A stretch of 64,000 nt of DNA, taken from contig JAGQIK010000677.1 in NCBI GenBank assembly GCA_020431405.1, positions 620 to 64,619 of the forward strand, written 5' to 3'. Positions within the stretch are counted from its first letter, which is position 1. Each line of letters opens with the position of its first letter. Origin of the DNA: Myxococcales bacterium (GTDB taxonomy: Bacteria; Myxococcota_A; Polyangia; GCA-2747355). The notes under the pieces are model-generated. The model worked only from the letters and a program-made list of their open reading frames with translations, did no database searches and was not told the DNA's origin. This document shows positions 48,007 to 57,032 of the stretch, in pieces. The translations under genes were made by a program, and so were the position numbers.

Positions 48007-50532
48007 ATGATGTCAGCGTCGCACCGTATCGCAGCGCACCGTGTCGCAGCGCGCCGGGCTGGGCCGCTGGTTGTCGGCCTCCTCGCCGTGGCGCTCTCGG
48101 CGTCAGCGCTCGCCGCCGAGCCGGAGCCGCAGGTCGATCGGCAGGAGGTGCTCTTCGGCGCGACGCGCGTCAACGCGGCGCTAGGACATGGTCGGCTGAC
48201 GGCGGCGATCTCGCACGCGGGCGAGCTGACGGTGCTGCGCTGGCCGAACCCGTCGTTTTACGAGCACGTCAACCACGCCACGGCGACCGGGGAGGGCGCG
48301 CGCAGCAAGCCGTACTTCGGTGCGCAGGCCAACGAAGGCTCTTTCGCAGCGCTGGTGCTGCGGCGCGGCAGCGAGGTCACGGTGGCCTGGCTGCGCGACG
48401 AGAGCCGCTTCTCGCACCAACAGATGTACGCTTCGGAGAGCGCCGACACGTTGGTCACGCGCTACCGCAGCGACACGTTGGCAGTCACGGTCGAGGGCCG
48501 CGACGTCATCGACCCGCGGCGCGACGTGCTGGCGCGTTCGTTTCGCGTGGTCGCCGATGCTGGCGCGGCCTACGACGACATCGCGCTCGTCTACTACGAG
48601 AACTTCGCGCCCAATATCGAGAAGGACCTCTACGTGCCCGTCACGTCGCACACGCGCGACGACGTGCGCGACTACGCGCTGGTCTACCACGCGCAAAGCG
48701 ACGCGTTGCTGCACGGCAGCGTAGAAGGACGACCACCAGCGCTGCTCGATCAGCTCGCAGCTGGCGGCGATGCGGCGGCGGCGAGCGCGTTCATCGCCGC
48801 GATCGCCGACAAAGGCGGCGTCTACATCGCCCTCGGCGGCTCTCAGAAGAGCTCGGCGTTTCAGTGCGGGATCGACGCGGTCGACGGCGCGGCGCAGGCC
48901 AGCACGGGACCACGCGATGCGTTTGACGACACGAGCGACGACGGGCAGCTCTCGGGCTCGCCGGCGGCGACGCGCAACGCCACCGGCGCGCTGCGCTTCG
49001 ATCTCGGCGGGACCGGCGGCGACGTCACGATCTATCTCGCCGTCGCCGATCGCGCCAGCAAGGCCATCTCCGCGCTCGAGGCGGCGCGCAAGGGCGGATT
49101 CGACGACGCGCGCGCTGCCTCGGAGAAGGTCTGGAGCGAGTGGCTCGCCAACGCACGTCTACCTGACACCACCGACGCCGACTGGCTGCGCGTCGCACGT
49201 CGCTCGTTGATCACGATCCGCACCGCCAGCGAACCGACGAGCGGCGCGGTCGTCGCGTCGGTGGCCTCGCAGCCGCCCTACGCCGAGGATTGGCCGCGCG
49301 ACGGCGCGTTCATCAACTACGCGCTCGACGTGGCGGGCAAGCGCGACGCCGTCACGCTGCACAATCAGTCCTACGCCCAGTGGCAGCGCAAGAAGAAGGG
49401 CGAGCAGGTCTTCGGCCCCTCCAAGCCGCCCGCTGGCAGCTTCGCGATGAACTACTACAGCGACGGCGAGCCCTCGGGCTTTATCCCCTTCGAGATCGAC
49501 CAGGTTGGCCTCGTGCTGTGGACCTGGTATCGCCACGCGACGTTTCTCGCCGACGACGCGGCGCGCCGCGCGTATCTCGACTCGCTGTGGCCCGCTATCG
49601 AGCTCGCCGCGCAGGTGCTCGTCGACTGCAGGGACGAGGCGACGAGCCTGCAGTGCGCCGCCAACGAGGACGACGATCCCGAGCTTTCGATCTCGCTTCA
49701 CGGCGCGGTGCCGACGCTGCTGGGGCTGCGCAGCGCCGTGCGCGCGGCGCGCTACCTCGAAAAGCACGACAAAGCCGACGCCTGGTTGGCGCGCGTCAAA
49801 GCGATCGAGGCGGCCTTCGAGACGACGCTCTACGTGGCGGGCGAAGGCTACAACGGTGTGGTGCCAGGCCAGCGCAGCGACTTCTGGCCTCCCTGGCGGC
49901 GCACCGGCGCTATCGCGTGGTCGCTGTGGCCCGGGCAGATCAAGGCCGACGACGCGACGGCCATGCGCGAGACGGCCGCCGAGGTCAGACGCCGGCTCGA
50001 GCCGTTCTTCAACAAGCAGAACAACGGCGGCGCCTACCACGCCAAGGGGCTCATCGCGCTGGCGCTGCACTATCACGCCGTGGGTGACAGCGAGGGCTCG
50101 GCGCTGGTCAAGCGCTGGATCGACGTGCTGGTCAAGGAGGTCGCCACGCCGGGCACCAGTCATTTCGGCGAGGCGTATCTTTGGGCCGATGTCGACGGCG
50201 ACGGCACCAAGCAGTACGCCAACCGCGTGGCGATCCCGCACGTCTGGGAGGCGACGCTGGTGTACCTGGCGATGATGGCGTCGAGCGCGCCCGAGCGCCT
50301 CGCACCCACGCATCTCGCCGCGCTGCAGCCGGCAGAGCCGGGCGGCTGTGCCGTCGCGCGGCGCGATACCCGGGCTCGGCCGACGCTCGTGCTCGGCGCC
50401 GTGCTCGCGCTCGCCCTCGCGCTCGCGCTCGCCCTCGCGCGGACCTCGCGGTCTAGACGGCGCCGCTCGCGCCGCGCGGCTCTTGCTCGAAGTACATCTC
50501 GATGGCGTAGCCGTCCGGGTCGCGGCAGGTGA
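48007..50532 (+). CDS. glycoside hydrolase family 15 (glucoamylase/glucodextranase-like) with signal peptide and MYXO-CTERM-like C-terminal sorting tail
   Basis: Signal peptide LVVGLLAVALSASALAAEP. GH15 hallmark AVVASVASQPPYAEDWPRDGAFINYAL (YxxxWxRD) and an (alpha/alpha)6-type helical composition. C-terminal Cys-anchored hydrophobic segment plus Arg cluster GCAVARRDTRARPTLVLGAVLALALALALALARTSRSRRRR. Confidence 0.7.
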   Translation: MMSASHRIAAHRVAARRAGPLVVGLLAVALSASALAAEPEPQVDRQEVLFGATRVNAALGHGRLTAAISHAGELTVLRWPNPSFYEHVNHATATGEGARSKPYFGAQANEGSFAALVLRRGSEVTVAWLRDESRFSHQQMYASESADTLVTRYRSDTLAVTVEGRDVIDPRRDVLARSFRVVADAGAAYDDIALVYYENFAPNIEKDLYVPVTSHTRDDVRDYALVYHAQSDALLHGSVEGRPPALLDQLAAGGDAAAASAFIAAIADKGGVYIALGGSQKSSAFQCGIDAVDGAAQASTGPRDAFDDTSDDGQLSGSPAATRNATGALRFDLGGTGGDVTIYLAVADRASKAISALEAARKGGFDDARAASEKVWSEWLANARLPDTTDADWLRVARRSLITIRTASEPTSGAVVASVASQPPYAEDWPRDGAFINYALDVAGKRDAVTLHNQSYAQWQRKKKGEQVFGPSKPPAGSFAMNYYSDGEPSGFIPFEIDQVGLVLWTWYRHATFLADDAARRAYLDSLWPAIELAAQVLVDCRDEATSLQCAANEDDDPELSISLHGAVPTLLGLRSAVRAARYLEKHDKADAWLARVKAIEAAFETTLYVAGEGYNGVVPGQRSDFWPPWRRTGAIAWSLWPGQIKADDATAMRETAAEVRRRLEPFFNKQNNGGAYHAKGLIALALHYHAVGDSEGSALVKRWIDVLVKEVATPGTSHFGEAYLWADVDGDGTKQYANRVAIPHVWEATLVYLAMMASSAPERLAPTHLAALQPAEPGGCAVARRDTRARPTLVLGAVLALALALALALARTSRSRRRRSRRAALARSTSRWRSRPGRGR

Positions 50533-50830
50533 ACGTGTAGTAGCTGCCGTAGTCGCGCGGGCCGTGGGTCACGTCGGCGCCGTGCTCGCGCACGCGCTCG
50601 AGCCACGCGTCGACGAGCTCGCGGCTGTCGAGGCGGAAGCCGAAGTGAAACTTGGGGTGGATCATCGGCTCGCCGCGCCGCAGGGCCACATCGGTGCTGC
50701 CCGAGGCGAGAAAGATGAAGTCGCCTTCGCGAAAGAGGCGCTTCATGGCGAACAGGCCCTCGTAGAACGAGGCCGAGCGCTCGACATCGGTGACGATCAG
50801 GTTGATGTGGTTCAGCGCCGGGGTTTCCAT
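50453..50830 (-). CDS. VOC-family (glyoxalase/bleomycin-resistance fold) protein
   Basis: LNHINLIVTDVERSASFYEGLF...HFGFRL...DPDGYAIEMY paired beta-alpha-beta-beta-beta modules. Its 3' end overlaps the GH15 tail by ~80 nt (convergent). Confidence 0.7.
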   Translation of the reverse strand: METPALNHINLIVTDVERSASFYEGLFAMKRLFREGDFIFLASGSTDVALRRGEPMIHPKFHFGFRLDSRELVDAWLERVREHGADVTHGPRDYGSYYTFTCRDPDGYAIEMYFEQEPRGASGAV

Positions 50831-50871
50831 GGGGCGCTACTCTACCCCATCGAACGCGCCGCTTGGGCGGG

Positions 50872-51819
50872 CTAGGGCTGCTTGGGGAAGCTGCCGCTGG
50901 GGGTCATCTCGACCGAGGTGGCGTCGACGCGGAACACGGGCACCACATGGCAGGAGAAGCCCACGCGCTGTGGCATGCCGGAGAACATCGAGCGGTTGAT
51001 CGCTTCTTCGCACGCCGCGAGCTCTTCGCAGCTCGAGTCGAGGCCGGCGTGGCTCGCCGTGCGCTGCGCGATCTTCTTGAGGCGCTCGAAGAAGTCTTTC
51101 GCCGGCTCGGCGCGGCTCGAGTGCACCGCGTGCACGACCATGCGCACGCCGAGAAAACCGGTGGTCTGGAGCATGCTCGCCACGCGCGGCCCGAGCGCGA
51201 TGTCGGCGGGCTGGCGGATCACGCGCACGCGCAGCATCAGCTGGTGAAAGGCCATGTTGACGGCCTCGAGGACGCCGTCGAAGTAGAAGCGCTGCCCGAG
51301 GTTGTCGGGCTCGACGACGATGACCTTGCCACCGGTCTTGAGCACGCGATGGGCTTCGCGAAAGGCCTCTTCGGCGAGCGGGCTGTGCTGCAGGCTCATC
51401 AGGCTCAGCGCGACGTCGCTGACGCTGTCGGGCAGCGGCAGGTCGGCCAGCGAGCCGAGGCGCACGTTCGCGCGGTCGGCGTAGGCTTTGCCCTCGAGGT
51501 GCTTCTTGGCGGTGTTGACCAGGTCGGGGACCGCGCTGATGCCGACGTACTCGGCCTCGGGCAGCGACGGCAGCAGCGCGTGCGCCGCCTTGGCGACGCC
51601 GCACCCGATCTCCACGACGTGCTTGGCGCTAGCCGGAATGCACTCGAGCAGCAGGTTCGTGAAAGCGTCGTTCCACCAGCTCTGGCTTTCGGTGTACAGG
51701 GCTGAGGTCTCGTGGTCGATCAAACGCATCGCCCGTTGGTCCGAAGTACCCGGGCCCGAAATACTCGGGGCTCGCACGCCGTAAACGCGTTGGCTCATGC
51801 TAGCACGGTCATGTCGCAT
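50872..51819 (-). CDS. class I SAM-dependent methyltransferase
   Basis: Motif I VVEIGCGVA. LKTGGKVIVVEPD. The true start may be an internal Met (about 51729). Confidence 0.65.
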   Translation of the reverse strand: MRHDRASMSQRVYGVRAPSISGPGTSDQRAMRLIDHETSALYTESQSWWNDAFTNLLLECIPASAKHVVEIGCGVAKAAHALLPSLPEAEYVGISAVPDLVNTAKKHLEGKAYADRANVRLGSLADLPLPDSVSDVALSLMSLQHSPLAEEAFREAHRVLKTGGKVIVVEPDNLGQRFYFDGVLEAVNMAFHQLMLRVRVIRQPADIALGPRVASMLQTTGFLGVRMVVHAVHSSRAEPAKDFFERLKKIAQRTASHAGLDSSCEELAACEEAINRSMFSGMPQRVGFSCHVVPVFRVDATSVEMTPSGSFPKQP

Positions 51820-51886
51820 GGCAGAACATACTGCATGACCTAGCTCACCCCTTCGGTGCGTCTGATCACATTGATATCAAAGAGTA

Positions 51887-52852
51887 TTGAGAAAAATGCC
51901 GCCCGTCGTCTGTTTTGGTGAGGCTCTGGTGGACCTCTTCGCGGCGGATGCGCAGCCCGCGCGGAGCAGCCTCGCAGAGGTCGAGCGCTTCGAGCGCAAG
52001 CTCGGCGGCGCGCCCTGCAACGTCGCGGTCGGGCTCGCGCGCCTCGGCGTGCCGGTGGCGTTGCTCGGCCAGATCGGCCGCGACGCCTTCGGCGATTTCA
52101 TCAGCGCCGAGCTCGCGCGCGAAGGGGTAGACGTCAGCGCGCTGGCGCGCTCGCCGCGGCGCACGGCGCTGGCCTTTGTCGGTCGCGACGCGCGCGGCGA
52201 GCCGACGTTTCTGTTCTATCGCGAGCGCAGCGCCGACGCCGAGCTCGAGCCGCGCCACGTCGAGGCGCACGGCGAGCTGATCGGCAGCGCCGCCGCAGTA
52301 CACCTCGGCACCAACACGCTGGCGGTGCAGCCGTGCGCCAGCGCCACGCGCCGGCTGGTCGCGCTGTGCGCCGAGCGAGGCGTCCCGATCTCGCTCGATC
52401 TCAACCTGCGGCTGCACCTGTGGGACGACGCGGCGCGCGGCGTGGAGGCGGCCCGCTCGCTGGCGCGCGAGGCTGCGCTGCTCAAGGCCAACGCCGACGA
52501 GGCGGCGCTGCTGACGGGCGTCGAGGGCGACGCGCTCGCGGCGGCGCGCGCGCTGGCGCAGCTGGGGCCCAAGCTGGTGGTGGTCACGCGCGGCGCCGAC
52601 GGCGCGGCCTACGCGCACGCGAGTGGAGACGGCGAGGCCTTCGCGCCCGCTGTGGAGGTGGTCGACACCACCGGCGCCGGCGACGCGTTTTGTGCGGCGC
52701 TGCTCGCTGGGCTTATCGCCGACGAGGTGCTCGCCGATGTGGGGGCCGCCAGCGCAGCCGTGATCGCGCGCCGCGTGGCGGGCGCCTGCGCGGCGGCGGC
52801 GGCGGCCTGCACGGCGCTGGGCGCCACGGCGGGGCTCCTGCGTTCGCTCTAG
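51887..52852 (+). CDS. PfkB-family carbohydrate kinase (fructokinase/ribokinase-like)
   Basis: N-terminal GGAPCNVAVGLARLG and C-terminal DTTGAGDAFCAALLAGL motifs of the PfkB family. Confidence 0.75.
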   Translation: MRKMPPVVCFGEALVDLFAADAQPARSSLAEVERFERKLGGAPCNVAVGLARLGVPVALLGQIGRDAFGDFISAELAREGVDVSALARSPRRTALAFVGRDARGEPTFLFYRERSADAELEPRHVEAHGELIGSAAAVHLGTNTLAVQPCASATRRLVALCAERGVPISLDLNLRLHLWDDAARGVEAARSLAREAALLKANADEAALLTGVEGDALAAARALAQLGPKLVVVTRGADGAAYAHASGDGEAFAPAVEVVDTTGAGDAFCAALLAGLIADEVLADVGAASAAVIARRVAGACAAAAAACTALGATAGLLRSL

Positions 52853-52877
52853 GCCTCGCCACGCGCTCGCGATAGCG

Positions 52878-53264
52878 CTAGCGCTGGCTTTGGCTCCATG
52901 CGGCGAACGCGTCGCGCGCGACCTCCACGCGGCGGTAGACCAAACGCACGATCATCGCGTCGTCGAGGTAGCCGGCCTTACCCAGCACGTCGGGGATCAT
53001 GTCGAGCGGCGAGACGAAGTAGCTCATGGCCGCCATGATCAGCGCCTTGGCCGAGAAGGGCACCACCTCGTCAGGGGCGCGCAGCATCGGCCACAGCTCG
53101 CGCAGCTTGTCGATCATGTCTGCCGGCGCCTTGTCGTCGTCTTCGAGCGCCGACAGCTTGCGCGCGAACTGAGCGTCGAGCTTGGCGATGTCCTCGCGCT
53201 TTTCGCGCGCGGCGATCTCGTCGATGAGCGCTTGCGCTTTCGTTTCGTCGAGCTTGGCGGTCAT
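52878..53264 (-). CDS. DUF1232 (YkvA-like) domain protein
   Basis: YFVSPLDMIPDVLGKAGYLDDAMIV is the DUF1232 core. ATG at 53264..53262. The ORF-table start 53378 is an upstream extension. Confidence 0.65.
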   Translation of the reverse strand: MTAKLDETKAQALIDEIAAREKREDIAKLDAQFARKLSALEDDDKAPADMIDKLRELWPMLRAPDEVVPFSAKALIMAAMSYFVSPLDMIPDVLGKAGYLDDAMIVRLVYRRVEVARDAFAAWSQSQR

Positions 53265-53322
53265 GGCGCGAGACGCTAGCACGGGCTTGCGCGGCACGCT
53301 GGCTCTGATATTCACTTGCGCG

Positions 53323-54018
53323 ATGGCCAAGCGGGTAGGCGCATTCTTCGACCTCGACTCGACGCTGCTGACGGTCAACAGCGGATCGCTGTGGATCCAG
53401 CGCGAGCGGCGCGTCGGACGGCTGACGCGCCTTCAGGTGCTCGAGGCGATGGTCTATCTGATCGGCTATCGGCTCAATCGCATCGACATGGTCGAGGCGA
53501 TGGCCAAGGGGCTGGCGACCATTCGCGGCGAGCGCGAGGAGGTGCTCGCGCGCTGGACACGCGAGTGGTACTACGCCGAGGTCGCGTCGACCGTGGCGCA
53601 AGGAGCACGCCGCGCGCTGTTCGCCCATCGCAGCGCCGGGCACCAGCTGGTGCTGCTCTCGATGACGTCGCCCTACCAGGCGCAGGTGGTCGTCGAGCAC
53701 CTCTCGCTCGACGGCGCGATCCACACCTACTACGAGCTCGAGGATGGCGTGTTCACCGGGCGGCCGGTGCTGCCGCTGTGCTACGGCGAAGGCAAGGTCT
53801 ACTACGCCGAGAAGTACGCGGCGGAGCACGACATCGATCTCGACAAGAGCTACTTCTACACGGACAGCGCCAGCGACATCCCGATGCTCGAGCGCGCTGG
53901 CTTTCCGCGCGCGGTCAATCCCGACCCGCGCCTGACGCGCGTGGCGCGCGAGCGGCAGTGGCCGATCCTGCGCTGGGACCGCGGCAGCCGGCGCGACCAC
54001 GCGCTTCCTGGGCTATAG
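53323..54018 (+). CDS. HAD-IB family hydrolase (phosphoserine-phosphatase-like)
   Basis: Motif I FFDLDSTLL directly after the start MAKRVGA (ATG 53323). A downstream Ser/Thr motif and DxxxD-type motif (YTDSASDIPML) consistent with the HAD-IB subfamily. Confidence 0.7.
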   Translation: MAKRVGAFFDLDSTLLTVNSGSLWIQRERRVGRLTRLQVLEAMVYLIGYRLNRIDMVEAMAKGLATIRGEREEVLARWTREWYYAEVASTVAQGARRALFAHRSAGHQLVLLSMTSPYQAQVVVEHLSLDGAIHTYYELEDGVFTGRPVLPLCYGEGKVYYAEKYAAEHDIDLDKSYFYTDSASDIPMLERAGFPRAVNPDPRLTRVARERQWPILRWDRGSRRDHALPGL

Positions 54019-54029
54019 TCGGCGCCACC

Positions 54030-54452
54030 ATGCCGTGCAGCGACGTCAGCGAGTACCTGCAGATCAAGCTCGACGCCGAGGACCGCCTCGTCGAGCTGGC
54101 GCTGGCCAAGAACACCTGCGGCGCCGAGGTGGGCGGCACGGTGCTGCTCGGCTTCGCGCGCGGTCGCACCGTCGAGCAGCTGCTCGCCGCCTCGCTGAGC
54201 GAGATCGTGCCGCGCCTCGAAGCGCGCCGCCGCGTGGAGCGTTTCACGCTGGAGAAGCAGCTCTTCGCGCTGCAGGCGGCGCTGGCGGCGCTCGTCGGCC
54301 AAGCGGGCGGCGCGCTTGACGACGTCTTCACCATCGAGCGCCTCGAGTACGACGAGCGCGGCGGCACCACGCTGAGCGGCCTCGTCGACGTCGGCGTCGT
54401 CGCCGAGGACGTGCCCGGCTGCAAGACCTGCGGCACCTGCAGTACCCCCTGA
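54030..54452 (+). CDS. hypothetical small protein with C-terminal CxxCGxC motif (possible NifU/IscU-like relic)
   Basis: MPCSDVSEYLQIKLDAEDRLVELALAKNTCGAEV...VPGCKTCGTCSTP. 12 bp downstream of the HAD gene. Weak resemblance only. Confidence 0.35.
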   Translation: MPCSDVSEYLQIKLDAEDRLVELALAKNTCGAEVGGTVLLGFARGRTVEQLLAASLSEIVPRLEARRRVERFTLEKQLFALQAALAALVGQAGGALDDVFTIERLEYDERGGTTLSGLVDVGVVAEDVPGCKTCGTCSTP

Positions 54453-54515
54453 TCTCGCAGCACGCAAAAGTGCTAAGGTCGCCGCCGCAATTGGCAAACA
54501 AGCAGGAGGCGCACC

Positions 54516-55250
54516 ATGGATCTCAAGGGAGTCAAGATCACTTGGCTGGGACATTCCACCTTCGTGCTGCAGACGCCGGCGGGTAAGAAGGTGCTCGTCG
54601 ATCCGTGGCTGGAGGGCAACCCCAAGTGCCCGGCGGCGCACCACGAGACGGCGAGCGACGCGATCCTCTGCACCCACGGTCACAACGACCACATCGGCGA
54701 CGCGGTCAGCGCCTTCGGCCGCTGCAGCGGGCCGCTGGTCGGCATCTTCGAGCTCGTCACCTGGCTGAGCAGCAAGAAAGGTCTCGCCGGCGATCGCATG
54801 GTCGGCATGAACCATGGCGGCAGCACCAAGCTCGGCGATGTCGGCGTGACCGTGACGATGACCGACGCGCGCCACTCGTCGACGTTCGTCGAAGCGGACG
54901 GCACGTTCGTGCCGCTCGGCAACCCGGCCGGCTACGTGATCGGCTTCGAAGGCGGGCTCAAGGTCTACCACGCGGGCGACACCTGCCTGTTCGGCGACAT
55001 GGCGTTGATCAAGGAGCTATGGGCCCCCGACGTCGCGATCCTGCCCATCGGCGACCACTTCACCATGTGCCCGCGCCAGGCCGCCTATGCCGCCGAGATG
55101 CTCGGCGTCAAAGCGGTCCTCCCCTGCCACTACGGAACGTTTGGCCTGCTGACAGGCACGCCGGCAGCGCTCAAAGAGGAGCTCGGCAAGCGCGGGCTCG
55201 GCGGCAAGGTCGAGGTGATCACCCTCGAGCCGGGCGGAACGGTCGGGTAG
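54516..55250 (+). CDS. MBL-fold metal-dependent hydrolase (UPF0173 family)
   Basis: ITWLGHSTFVL...DPW...ILCTHGHNDHIGD...YHAGDT...GDHFTM is the typical small beta-lactamase-fold hydrolase pattern. Confidence 0.8.
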   Translation: MDLKGVKITWLGHSTFVLQTPAGKKVLVDPWLEGNPKCPAAHHETASDAILCTHGHNDHIGDAVSAFGRCSGPLVGIFELVTWLSSKKGLAGDRMVGMNHGGSTKLGDVGVTVTMTDARHSSTFVEADGTFVPLGNPAGYVIGFEGGLKVYHAGDTCLFGDMALIKELWAPDVAILPIGDHFTMCPRQAAYAAEMLGVKAVLPCHYGTFGLLTGTPAALKEELGKRGLGGKVEVITLEPGGTVG

Positions 55251-55256
55251 CTCGAG

Positions 55257-55345
55257 AGGGCCTCAGGCTTCAGGCCTCGGGCCTCGGGCCTCGGGCCTCG
55301 GGGAGCACGTAAAGGCCACGGGCTCAGGGCCACGGGCCACGGGCT
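55257..55345. repeat. heptamer microsatellite-like array (AGGCTTC/GGGCCTC x5, then GGGCCAC x3) in a convergent intergenic region
   Basis: cctcaggcttcaggcctcgggcctcgggcctcgggcctcgggg...ggccacgggctcagggccacgggccacgggctcgcc, read directly. Confidence 0.6.
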
Positions 55346-55480
55346 CGCCTGCGAGCTCCTTGCACGCTTCGCCGCCGCCATGACTGCGCGCGAGCGAGGC
55401 GCTCGCATGCCCGCCACGTTGCGGCGAAGCGTGCACAGCGCCCGCGAGGCACCCCTGAGGCCGGTGGCCCGAGGCCCGAG

Positions 55481-55529
55481 GCCGCGCGGCGCAGCCGCGC
55501 TATGGGGCCGCGCGGCGCAGCCGCGCTAC
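55481..55529. repeat. 22-bp direct repeat x2 (gccgcgcggcgcagccgcgcta), 6-bp spacer, overlapping the 3' end of the lipoprotein gene
   Basis: ggccgcgcggcgcagccgcgctatggg gccgcgcggcgcagccgcgctactgcgg. Preceded by ggcccgaggcccgagg. Confidence 0.6.
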
Positions 55530-56878
55530 TGCGGCTGCCACGCGTTGGCGCGCACGCCCGCCGCGCCGTAGAGCACCCACCTGTTGACGTCGTTCATCTC
55601 GCGAACGATGTCGATCCAATCGGGCGCGCGCCGCGCTCGCTCGCCGCCCTCGCGCGCGGCGACGATGCCTTGCAGTAGCTTCTCGAGCAGCGGCTGCAGT
55701 GCGTAGGGCGAGTCGGTGGCGTAGGAAGACTCGCCGGTGGCGACGACGTCGGCGGCGACGAAGCCCGTGCGATCCGCCTGCGTCGCCTTGGCGCGGAAGA
55801 TCTGGCGAGCGTAGTACGGGTACGAGCGGCACGAGTGCATCATCACGATCTGGTACTGGTCGGAGAAGGCGTCGGCCTCGGTGAGAAACGGCTGCGTGCC
55901 GTACTGCGAGTGGCCGTTGTAGAAGACCAGCTGATACTCGCCGAGCGCCTTGCGGAAGCGCGTGGTGAAGCCGCCGCTCTTGGTCGGGTCGTAGAGGTCG
56001 ATGGTGATGCGCACCGTGCTCTCGTCGCTGGCCTTGCGCTCGTAGAGGTAGCGCACGTAGGCGCCGTCGTCGGCGGGCGTGCCCTCGAGACGCAGCCGGT
56101 CCTCGAGCATGCGCTTGTGCCGGTCGAAGCGCTCGGAGAGGTTGCCGTCGCCGTAGTTGGGCAGGATCGCCGCGCGGAAGCCGAAGGTGTTGTCCGCGCC
56201 GTCCACTGCCGAGAGCAGGCGGTCGTACTCGGGGTAGACCTTGCGCTCGGGGTAGACGCCGGTGATCAACAGCGTGGCCTGCGTCATCGGCTCGCTGCAC
56301 GCATCGTTGTCGGGCGCGAAGTAGTAGTAGACGTTCTGCTCGCTGACGCTGTGGCCCTCGTAGCCGCGCACGCAGTCGCGGCCGGTGCGGCTGTAGATGC
56401 CAACGGGGTCGGCCGGCAGCGTCAGCGTTTGGCGCTGGTGTGGCAGGTCTTCGAGCGCGGGCAGTGCCGAGCCGCGCGCGCGGCCGCGCACCAGGTCGAC
56501 CTTGGCGACGTAGGTGATGGTGACGATGTCGCCTTCCTGCTCGACGTTTTCGATCACCACCGACTCGGCGAGCTGGTTGAGGTGGTAGCCGTTCTTGGCG
56601 GCGCCGGTCTTGCCGAACTTGATGTGCTCGTCGACGAGCCGCTCTTGCAGCGCGCGATCGGTGGCGAGCCCTTCGTAGGTCCCGGTGGCCGCGTGGCTGA
56701 CGCGCGCGGCGAACGAGGCGCCGACCTCGAACGAGGTGTCGGCGACCCAGCCGGTGTCCGACTTGCCGGGCACCGCGCCGCCCGGCTCGCCGGGCTCTTC
56801 GGTCGCGGCCGTGCTGCAGCCCAGCAGCGCGGCAGCCAGCAACACCACCCACATGCTCCGCGTCCGATCGATAGCCAT
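55526..56878 (-). CDS. lipoprotein, hypothetical; possible caspase-fold (His/Cys dyad) peptidase
   Basis: Lipobox MAIDRTRSMWVVLLAAALLGCSTA (ATG 56878). Ordered VFYNGHSQYG ... IVMMHSCRSYP segments resemble the His then Cys catalytic dyad spacing of clan CD peptidases. This is weak and unverified. Confidence 0.5.
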   Translation of the reverse strand: MAIDRTRSMWVVLLAAALLGCSTAATEEPGEPGGAVPGKSDTGWVADTSFEVGASFAARVSHAATGTYEGLATDRALQERLVDEHIKFGKTGAAKNGYHLNQLAESVVIENVEQEGDIVTITYVAKVDLVRGRARGSALPALEDLPHQRQTLTLPADPVGIYSRTGRDCVRGYEGHSVSEQNVYYYFAPDNDACSEPMTQATLLITGVYPERKVYPEYDRLLSAVDGADNTFGFRAAILPNYGDGNLSERFDRHKRMLEDRLRLEGTPADDGAYVRYLYERKASDESTVRITIDLYDPTKSGGFTTRFRKALGEYQLVFYNGHSQYGTQPFLTEADAFSDQYQIVMMHSCRSYPYYARQIFRAKATQADRTGFVAADVVATGESSYATDSPYALQPLLEKLLQGIVAAREGGERARRAPDWIDIVREMNDVNRWVLYGAAGVRANAWQPQ

Positions 56879-57032
56879 CCTTGCTCGCTCCTTGCCCTCG
56901 GCAGCTGCGCGCACTCCGACAGACGAGGTAGAGCAAGCGACGGGCCAAATGTAAGTGCATGTAAGCACGTGCCCCAGGGGGCGCCGCCCCGCGGAATCGG
57001 TGGACGATCGAACAGCCGGTGTAGACTGCCGT

